From positions 75,888,001 to 75,952,000 of the forward strand of contig JAGIQG010000010.1 in the NCBI GenBank assembly GCA_024679065.1: a stretch of 64,000 nucleotides of DNA, given 5' to 3'. The DNA is from Sphyrna mokarran. Taxonomy: Eukaryota. A model generated the notes under the pieces. That model made no database searches. It was not told where the DNA came from and saw only the letters and a list, made by a program, of their open reading frames with translations. The position numbers and the translations under genes were made by a program. Positions 53,056 to 62,603 of the stretch are shown piece by piece; within the stretch, counting starts at the first letter, position 1, and every line of letters starts with the position of its first letter.

Positions 53056-54321
53056 AACAAACCCATTCCAGTTTGAGTCCCCTATTGTGTTGGGTAGTAA
53101 AAAGATTTTAGAAAAGATGTAGAAAAGGAGCACAAGAACAATTCTTAGCTTAACCTCATTAAGTAGTGAAAGGACAGGATTCTATTTCCATTAAGAATTT
53201 ATTTTCTTTTTGATAGCTTGAATCACAGGAAGTGTTACATTTCTAAATTAAACAAGAAAAAGCTCGGCTAGTTGTGGGCTGGCTTTTCCTTCCTCCAAGA
53301 TGAGTAGGTTAATGGAACAAGCTGCTGACTGTGCTGACTCCCTGTATACCTTCAAAAGGGAGTTTGATTAGTCCCTGTCTGGGCACAGATCATAATGCAA
53401 TATTTTTATACACTATGCCTAGAGTCAAACAATTTAGAGTGAATTAAAATCATTAATAAGATATCTTGCACTAATTTCAATTTCTTAAGGAGGCCACAGA
53501 GAAATTTTTAAATATTTCTTTTTCTATTATTGGCCATGGGTTTTTATTCAATATTTGTCTTTCCCAGGAGAGGCTGCGGGACACAGGTAATGTAAATCAT
53601 GATGTTGCAAGCATTCTAACTCTTGGTATTAACTTAATGGATCAGATAATCTTTTCATATCTCCCAAAATTAAGCACTAATTGGCAACAAATGAAGATAA
53701 TAAAAATATTCATGTCCATGCCAGTTCTCCCCTTGACCTGGATGATAGCAGATTGGAGTTACCTCTTTCTAATTTTTTCCATTTTTAAAAAAGTAGCTCA
53801 TTTTGCCTTGGAACTGCCCCTGGATATCTTGGCAATGACTGAGAGGCCAATGCTGCAGGAAATTGTGAGCTAAAATTTTATCTGACTTGCCCTATTAGTA
53901 TTTGACAATGGGCATGGATTAGAACTTGATTTTTGATGCATATGATTCTAGCAAGCACTAAGAAACTTCCAAAGCAATTTGATACATTGCAAATGTACAT
54001 CTTGGTAACCTTAGAAAGACTATGATGCTGGAAATATTTAAAATTGAATATTTTTAAATTATTTAATAGTTTTGCTCTAAAATATTGATTTCATTACCAG
54101 GTCAAGCTATTGGCACATAAAACAGGTAAAAGACCCTTCCTTAAAGAGCTAACACCCAGTGAAAAGAGGTAACAAGATTTTGCACAGTGAGATCCTGCAA
54201 GAAACCTTTCCTACTTCCTATCACTCCTGTCCACAAAACATACATTGGCAAGTCAAAAAGTCATGAAGCTGAAGCAGCAATGTAAACATGAAAAGTATGG
54301 AATGCTATCAGTATATGTTAT

Positions 54322-54620
54322 CACATTGTGGCACAGTAATTAGTTCTGCTGCCTCACAGCGCCAGGAACCCTGGTTCGATTCCCGGCTTGGGTCGCTCTC
54401 TGTGCGGAGTTTGCACATTCTTCCCATATCTGCGTGAGTTTCTTCCGGGTACTCTGCTTTCCTCTCACAATCCGAAAGATCGGCTGGCTAGATGCATTGG
54501 CCATGCTAAATTCTTCTTCAATGTACTGAACGGGTGCCAGAGTGTAGCGACTGGGGAATTTTCACAATAACTTCATTGCAGTGTTAATGTAAGCCTACTT
54601 GTGACGATAATAAATAAACT
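54322..54620 (+). mobile_element. HE1-like SINE (alternative tail), CpG-retaining
   Basis: B box GGTTCGATTCC at 54373-54383; body and taataaataaact tail. Confidence 0.88.
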
Positions 54621-55734
54621 TAAAAACGTTTTATCAATAATGGCCCTTGTGTTTGAAATTGACATTACAAAACAAAGACTCTAATCCCGGCAAGGAATGT
54701 AAATGTATTACCAACTTCTCATTGGAAGTGTTTTCGGCACCTTGCTTTACCTAATTCCCAGTTTTACACTTGCATTCTTAGTTGAGCTGATTACATAGAA
54801 TCTAGTACGCCAACTCCCGTTAATAAATTATACTCCATCATAGTTCCGTCTTACTCTGAATCTATCCAAAAATGAAATAAAATGTAAACTAATGCATTTC
54901 GTTGTTGCTTTCTGAACACATATTTTGAACAATTTATTCAAATTCGAATACAAAGACGGCCTATCTTGTGCATATTAACAGTTCTCGTGTCAAAAGTTTA
55001 TCTGTTGATTTGTGCGGTAATTTATAAAGCAATACCCCGCAGTAACCTTACTTTGAACTTCAATCGACATCTACAACCTGCATAGAATTGACCTTTATGA
55101 TGATGCATTTTGAGCTTTGTTCAGGTTATGAGTGTTCTCAAGTAGCTTTGAGAAGGAGACTATAATCTATTTCCAATTATTATATGAATGGGAAGATTCG
55201 GCTATGAATCCAAATTTTACCGGAAATGTTTTTGAAATAATTACTTTTATTAAGAATCATATTGTCCATTGACACTAACGTATTATATTGTGTTTGTTAA
55301 GCAGCACAAATCCTCAGCTGGCTCTTGGAGGCAACATGTTGCTGGATCTGGACCACCCATCAAGTCCTCAAGCCCGACGAGTCACTAATGCAAAATACTG
55401 CTGATGCTGAAAATGTGCAATAAAAACTGAAATTAGTGGACATACTCAGCAAAACAGGCAGCATCTGCGGGAGAGACACAGTTAACATTTCAGATCAAGG
55501 TCCTTCCTTCGGAACTGGAAAGCTTTCGATATGTTTACACAATAACATCCCATTGCAAGATTGAACACATCCGGCTGCTCTTTTCCAACTTTGAAGTTTC
55601 TCTTTATCCATGAATATTTCATTATTGCATGAAGCATGACTGCATGTTGGTGGTACCTGCATTCTGACTTGGAAATCGACCCTTTTTATAACGTTGAGTA
55701 TGCAAATCGAAGTTATTTTGAAATAAAAGGCAAT

Positions 55735-56911
55735 CTAAGAGGTGCAAAGCACGGTATGTTCCGTATATATCCATTTGTAACTTTCTATCAAAGGTTACAG
55801 GGAAATCTGGTGATTATATATCAATATCATAACTATATCATCGGTTCTAGGCCTTGAGACCGGAAAAAAGTCCTCATCACCTTCTGAAGGATTTATGTTT
55901 TTATTCCTACTTTGGTTTTGCAGCCTGCTATTAAATACGTTTTGATGCCATCCTGGAAATTCATGTTCGGGCAAGCAAAAAACGTGCATTTAGATTGCAT
56001 TGGCTTGCACCCCGAATTTCTAGAATGTAATCTGTGCACAACCTCTCAGTATTGCCGTATTTAATAACGTGGCCACATTAATCAACATAGAGATCACTGT
56101 GGCCTTGTCCTTGATTACAGCATTCAGCCAGTTGGCGTTGGGCTGGCCAACTCTACTCTTTCCCATGGCAAAGAATTTGTTTTTGACTTTATTCTGGAAT
56201 GCAGAATGACGATGGGAAGATACAACAACAACTTTCACTTACATAGAATTCAGCGTAAAAACTGTTCAAAGAGCTGTACAGAGGCTGAATCAGAACTGAA
56301 TTACGTTGGACCAACAAAAAGGAAATATTTGGAGAACAACCAAAAACCTGGATAAGGGAAGAGGATCATAAAGACGAGATGAAGAGGTATTTAAACATGT
56401 TATTCCCATAGGTGTTAACACACAGGGATGAAAGAGCAGCTACCATTAGTGGGGTAAAGAACAGCGATGCGCAAGAGAGTCAGAGGAATGGAAAGTTGGA
56501 TCAGGGCTATGTGGTTGTCGAGATGGCCAGATACAAACCCATTGAGAGATGTAAAATTAGGATTTTAAATTGGAAACATTTGTGAGGTGGCATCTGAGAG
56601 GCTACGCCGCAATGTTAGGAATGAGGGGGGAGCGATTATAGGGTGAAAGGTACAGGCAATTGACTTTTGAATAAAGTGGTTAATGGAGGGTGGAGAGTGC
56701 TAGGCCAGCTAGGGGAACAATTCAATAGTCCAGTCTGGAGGTGATAAGGGCATGGAGGATGATCTCTGTCAGGGTAAATGGAGAAGCCTCAAGGCCTAGA
56801 ACCGATGATATAGTTATGATTTTGATATATAATCACCAGATTTCCCTATAACCTTTGATAGAAAGTTACAAATGGATATATACGGAATATACCGTGCTTT
56901 GCACCTCTTAG
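55735..56911. repeat. 124-bp inverted repeat (55735-55858 / 56788-56911)
   Basis: Reverse-complement match with 3 mismatches by manual comparison. Confidence 0.95.
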
Positions 56912-57400
56912 GAGTGCTAACCACTGTGTAGAAGTAATATTTATCCGTGCGTCAAAACGTCTATATCAGTTTTTGAATAAAGGAAATTGATTGCGTATGT
57001 CTTTATCTGAAATATATTGAGGGCAAAGAAACGTTTCAGAAGTTGAAGTCGACAACCATTTGGAAAGAAGGTTGGTTTTAATACTTAGCTTGAATTTAAA
57101 ACACTAAGATTTCAGATAGTCTCATTCGGCAACGGACATGGGCCAGGGAAGGAAATTGAATCAGTAACAATGATGTGGAGTTCCTGGCGGGGCTGATAGA
57201 GGAAATTGCAAGAAATCCAACATTACATGACAAGCAGTCTGACAGTGATCGGGAAAGGGAGTGATGAAGTAGATCCAGGTGTTAGCGGTTTATCTGTGCA
57301 AGCTAACACTGCCTGCGGCAATGTCCCCCGTAGATGAGGAAGAGGAGGAGATTAAGTACAAATCCTTGTGAGATTCGAGAGACTAGTAAATATTCCCCTC
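56235..57400 (-). mobile_element. Old L2 LINE fragment interrupted by a templated insertion
   Basis: Colinear similarity to the L2 fragment at 17140-18180 on both sides of 56788-57031 (e.g. agtccag..gaggtga). Confidence 0.55.
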
Positions 57401-57888
57401 TCTATGTAATGCGGATTTCGAATGACAGCGGTGATGAATATTTGTGGAAATTATTTTGCAGTTTTCTTGATATCATAGAATTATAGAATCCCTACAGTGC
57501 AGACGGAGGTCATTCGGTCCATCGAATCTGTACCGAGAAAAATCCCACCCAGACCCTATCCCACTAACCCCATGGATTTATCCTGCTAATCCCCCTGACA
57601 TTAAGGGACAATTTAGCATGGCCAATAAACCGAACTCGCACATTTTTGGATTGTGGGAGGAAACCAGAGCACTCGGGGGAAACATACGCAGATACAGGGA
57701 GAATGTTTAGGTTCCGCACTGTTAACCAAGACCAGAATTAAATCCGGGATTCTGTTGCTGTAAAACAGGAGTGCTAACCACTGTGTAGAAGTAACATTTA
57801 TCCGTGTGTCAAAACGTTTACATCAGTTTTTGAATAAAGGAAATTGATTGCGTATGTCTTTATCTGAAATATATTGAGGGCAAAGAAA
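56910..57888. repeat. 122-bp direct repeat (56910-57031 / 57767-57888)
   Basis: Direct match with 4 mismatches by manual comparison. Confidence 0.95.
57471..57786 (-). mobile_element. HE1-like SINE (CR1-type tail)
   Basis: atagaatccctacagtgcag tail, body, and gtgctaaccactgtg head. Confidence 0.88.
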
Positions 57889-59395
57889 GCATTTCCCGAA
57901 AGTGTCCATCTCATGCATGGGGATTGTCCCATTAGGAATGATTAGGGTGTTTCGGCAACAGCTGTACGTTGAATAAAGTGTTACCAATTAAACTTATATA
58001 ATCATGGAATTATAACATGAATCGATGCAGTAATCGGACGGCATTCACTCTATCATGTCTGTGTTGTTATTTATCTATTTTCCCCACTCTCATAGCCTTT
58101 TAAAGATGTATCCTTCCTGTATTTGCTTACTTCCCCCTTGAAAGTTATGATTGCCGCTGCTCCCTCTATTCTCTGGAGCAGCGCATTCCAGGACAGAGCG
58201 TCTTACTGTGTATTTTGTTTCTTTGTGTTCTCTCGGTTTTGTGAATTGCCTTATACCTGCGTCCTTTCAATTAGCCATCCATCTGGCAGAGTGTGAACGA
58301 TTCCAGTTTTTTTTGGCTGAAGTGTGTCATTCCAGATACAATTCTAGTAATTGTCCTTTCAAAAGCTTTGCCATTCTTCCTGAAGTATTGAAATGTATGT
58401 TGCTGTCGTAAGCTGAAATACATCTTAAATATGTCCTGTGATATACGGGGCGACATTTAGGGGCGGACTTCAGTGCACTTTACCCTGATCACTTCTGTTC
58501 ATTTTCCTAACATTCTGCAGCAGTTTTCCATATACGGTAGAACTAACATTGCCAAGTTCAACTTGAAAAATATTCATAGAGAACATCACGGAAGATCAAA
58601 CTGGCACCTCTTTCAGGTCCTGCGGCTCGAATGGACTGCGGTTACTGGAAGTACTGAATAAAATCAAATCAGAAATACTGAAAGTTAATCAGTTTACGGT
58701 CCCTCCGCAAGTGTGAGACAATTCGGTTTAACTATTCAGAACTTCTGAACGTCTATTGATAGGGTACCATCAGTATATCCAAGTTGGGTTTTTGTGACAG
58801 CAAGATGTTAATGGGGATTTTGCAATGAGGGTCATTGTTCCTGTTTCCACTAACATTATATAACAGTGTGCGCAAAGTGATGAACAAGGAAGCCCAAAAC
58901 TGTGCTATAGTTTGCATAACTGGCGGACTGCCTTTATATTGGACACGGCCGCGGCTATAGAGCAATATGATGGCCTCAATTCTAGTTCATGTATGCGATA
59001 AGTCCCATGGATAGATTGACTTAAGGCGCTTGCTGATGATCAATATTTGTATAGATTACAATCAGAATCGTAAGGTCCAGAGTGATCCAATCCACACAAT
59101 TGAAGCGTTTTGTGTTTCATTTGTTGCTATTGTACTAAGTTGTAAAGTAAATAACGGAAGGAGCAGGCAACAGCGATAGAAACTTAGCCAAACCCCACCG
59201 GAGCAGCCTCGCTGAAGCGAACACCAAACGGCCTTGGTGAAAAATGAATTACACGAAATTGCTCACATGATGCATTTGTCTTTTTATAAAAACTGGACCC
59301 TTTTAAATGCAAATGTTTATCGTTCATTTTAAGGATTTCACAATCCAATTTGAGCACCTTTCTAGGGGGTAGTTATTAATGCAGAAACAATCAAT

Positions 59396-59532
59396 AGCGC
59401 TCTGACGAAGGGTCATTCAGACTTGAAACGTTGGCTCTGCTCTCTCTCCACAGAGACTGTCAGACCTACAGAGATTTTCCAGCATTTTCAGTTTTTGTTT
59501 CAGATTCCAGCAACCGCAGTATTTTGCTTTTA
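59396..59532 (+). mobile_element. Penelope-like terminal repeat carrying a minimal hammerhead ribozyme motif
   Basis: CTGACGA (59402-59408), stem GGGTC/GACTT, and GAAA CG TT (59425-59432), flanked by pairing AGCGCT/GGCTCT. Confidence 0.7.
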
Positions 59533-60189
59533 TGGGCGGGACGGTATAATTGGTACAAACATTAAAAATACCGTTTTCATTTTCGTTTTTTAATCAATTT
59601 TAGGGACCCGTCCATCCCAGCGCGGGAGGTCAGTACAACAGCAGCCTGCGTTGTAACATGTGACATCTTATAACACCTCATCATATAAGTAATTCCCTTG
59701 AAACAATATTTTGGTCAGATACCACAGTGCAACTGGATGTTAACAGCGCACAGTAACCAGGGCTAAAAAGCCTGCCTATCTGCTGTGCGGATGGTTAAGT
59801 ATTCTCTTTCACATCACTAAGCCAACGTTCCAAACTTCTCCTTACCGTCTTTGGTTATAAGTCGATAGTGGCAATGTAGTCTGCTCTGATTGTAAAATAA
59901 TTCAAAACACATATTTAGACTGTGTCTGCGCTACACCTTGTTAGCTGAATGTCTGCACCGCTGATGGACTGTTAGCGATAGAATAGTTACATAAAAATCT
60001 ATCGAATTACAACAGCTTTATTTTACAAATGAACGGCTAACTGATCGCCTTGAATAGTGCACGCAATATTTCAATTCGTTTTTCAATTGAGTCGCAATAT
60101 CTTAAAATTTTCGTTCTTCCGACTGAGAGGAGAATCGTGAAGAAGTCTCCCTGAAGTGAGTGCCTATCTGTAATTCCTGCTAATAAAAT

Positions 60190-60290
60190 ACTTTTTCACT
60201 ATCCTCAGTAATTGGTTTACAGCCTTTTCTGTTTATTTATCTATAAGAGCTGGTGTTTAATGGTTCGGCAGAGCAATTGGTTAATGGCTC
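60190..60290 (+). promoter_or_regulatory. Pdx1 Area I (PH1)-like enhancer
   Basis: TAATTGGTTTACAGCCTTTTCTGTTTATTTATCTATAAGAGCTGGTGTTTAATGG closely resembles the mammalian Area I core as I recall it (homeodomain TAAT site, FoxA site TGTTTATTTA); it lies about 2 kb upstream of the ATG. Confidence 0.75.
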
Positions 60291-60819
60291 AATACAGAAT
60301 CAAATGCTCAGTGTCCCGTTCTACGGAAAAGAGGAATGGATTCAGATGGCCCAGATACATATGACCATTAATGAACTGGACTTTTATTACCATATCACAC
60401 TGTACAATTATAAGAAATATTAGAATTCAATGCGACTCAATTAATATCATTCAAACGTACTATTCCGGTTACAATTTCAATTTATTTGGTCACCGTGCGA
60501 GGCTGGGTGAAAAATTCTCCGTAAATATTTAGGAAGCCGTGCATAAAGCTCTTACAGGGAGAGATTGTGCCAAACATTGCCAAGGCATGTTTAATCTGAT
60601 GGGATCTTGAACATACAGAATGACGTAAAATTCATGCCAAAAGTGTAAATAAGCTTCCCAGAATTAGTAAGATAAGGCTTTAAAATGAAAAAAAAACAAA
60701 TGTTGCTCGTTATTTAAGGAAAATGTTTTTTTAAAAGAAATCCTTTTATCAGTTAACAAAGAACAGAAAATGGAGTTAAATGAGGCGTTTAAATGGGCAA
60801 AAATCTGCAGAAATGTGCA

Positions 60820-61030
60820 ATTACAGCAGGAGAGCAAAGTAAATATTCTCTGTGTGAGAAAGCGTGAGTGAACACAGGTACTGAAGCGATCTTTGTCCTT
60901 TGCAGCAACTTCCCGCCTCTTCATAGCCTTGTCACCAAGTCAACCAACAGCTACTTTCACCATATCATCCGCAAAGGTCAACAAGCACTGTGAATCAGAG
61001 AGGTAGAGAAATAATCAATCGGCCGCTAAC
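60820..61030 (+). promoter_or_regulatory. Candidate Pdx1 Area III-like enhancer
   Basis: Lies between Area I and the promoter. Contains forkhead-like AAGTAAATA, nuclear-receptor half site CAAAGGTCA (60972-60980) and Onecut-like AATCAAT (61013-61019). Confidence 0.45.
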
Positions 61031-62029
61031 GGATACAGGGCGGTTTGCAATTTATATATTGTTAAAAATAAGGTCACCGTCAGAGCAAACGAATGTTTTT
61101 TGTTTAAAAATAGGCTATTTAATATGTATTTTTATAATGGTTTCAGTTTCTTTAACTGGTACAAGATAATATTCTTGCCAGAATATCTTAACAGAAACGC
61201 TTATCAAAAGTCAATATTATACTGGGTCGAAGTTTAAAACAGAAGTTGCAGCAAGTGACAGGTAAAGTAGGAGAAAAGTTAAAATACTGCAGCACGAAAC
61301 AGGTCGATAGCTGAACAAAGGTGCGAACGTGGAGGTGTGTAAAGTAAGACATAGAGACGCTAAAATAAACAGAGGGAAAAAAGGACAATCACGTGTAATC
61401 AGCAACAGCTTTCACAAACTTGTTCAAGTACAAACAGAAGTTTTTTTTAAAAAAAGCTAGCAATGGCGAAAGTTTATACACTAATGCCAGAATAGTGTGT
61501 GCATTGCACATAATTTCAAATGCAACTGATAAGGATGACCTTACAATATATGGACCTGTTGCTACAGGACTTCATCACAGATGTGTTAATCCTGGTCCAT
61601 CAAATAGGATCAGTCAAGAACACAGTAGCTAATCTTCGTTTGTTAGAAATAAAGCACCTTTCTTTTTGCTATCTGTGGTTCCCAGGCCCAAGTCGCCGAG
61701 GGGGCGATAACGCTGCCCTGCCTAATCTCTCCCTGATACTGTTCACATCTGGTCAGACATTTTCCAAGTTAAATGTTTAAAATTCAACATATCTGTGTAA
61801 CTTTGCTGATTACGCTGGAATGAGGTAAAAAATTAATTCGTAACCAGTATACCTGCCATCTGTGTTTCGATTGGGAAAGCACAGGAATCGTTCTTGAATA
61901 AAGCAAGTATTTCTAGGAAGAGAGAATGGCACATCGCTTGGCAATCACACAAGTTTCCATTGTTAGCGCATGGAAAGTAAATGGACTCCGCAGGCAGGTG
62001 AAGTTGACCAAGTGTTCTTATCATGAAAA

Positions 62030-62200
62030 TACAATCCAATAGGTTGTAGGAACCAAGTCACATGATGTGTTCGGAGTTATCCACTGAGCAGAACAGAGTG
62101 CCAGGTGCTATTTTGATTAGTGAATCAAGCCAGGTAGAGCGATTAAACTGTAAAATTACAGTGGCATCCTTATGTTGCAATTGTTTATGCACTGGTAGCC
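62030..62200 (+). promoter_or_regulatory. pdx1 proximal promoter (CCAAT, USF-type E-box)
   Basis: CCAAT at 62036-62040 and GTCACATG at 62057-62064, with no canonical TATA. The mammalian Pdx1 promoter is TATA-less with a USF E-box. Confidence 0.55.
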
Positions 62201-62603
62201 ATGAATAGCGAGGAACATTATTATGCCCCGGCTCAAATGTATAAAGAATCATGCGCTTATCAGCGATCACAAACCCAGGAATATAATCAAAGCCCACCAG
62301 CATGTCTCTATGTAGGGAGACAGCCACAGACTTCATATTCCAACCCTTCCTTGGCAGGACTTGAACAAGGGAGTCCCGCTGACATCTCACCTTTCGAAGT
62401 GCCTGCGATATCAGAGGACCCTACAATCTCGCATCTTCATCACCCCCAGCAACATCACCCTGACCCACACACCCACCAAGGGGCTTGCTTTGGGACCGGC
62501 TCCGAAATGGGTACCTTGGATGAACACAGCAGAACTCACCTGCCCTTCCCGTGGATGAAGTCGACCAAGTCGCATGCCCACGCCTGGAAAGGGCAATGGC
62601 CGG
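62201..62603 (+). CDS. pdx1: Pancreatic and duodenal homeobox 1 (Pdx1/Xlox), coding exon 1; gene continues beyond the window
   Basis: [29 protein letters not shown] and [15 protein letters not shown] transactivation motifs, then the hexapeptide [17 protein letters not shown] and a phase-1 donor G|GTAAGT (GT at 62604). Linkage to gsx1 favours Pdx1 over Pdx2. Confidence 0.96.

Noticed and set aside
55735-56911. MITE/DNA transposon with 124-bp TIRs
   Set aside because: There is no target-site duplication, the right arm is fused to an unrelated direct duplication, and an L2 remnant runs across the right arm.
62201-62603. Pdx2 identity, or novelty of the extra SH in STKSHAHAW
   Set aside because: The N-terminal motifs and gsx1 linkage indicate Pdx1, and a similar short insertion occurs in other fish Pdx1 proteins as I recall.
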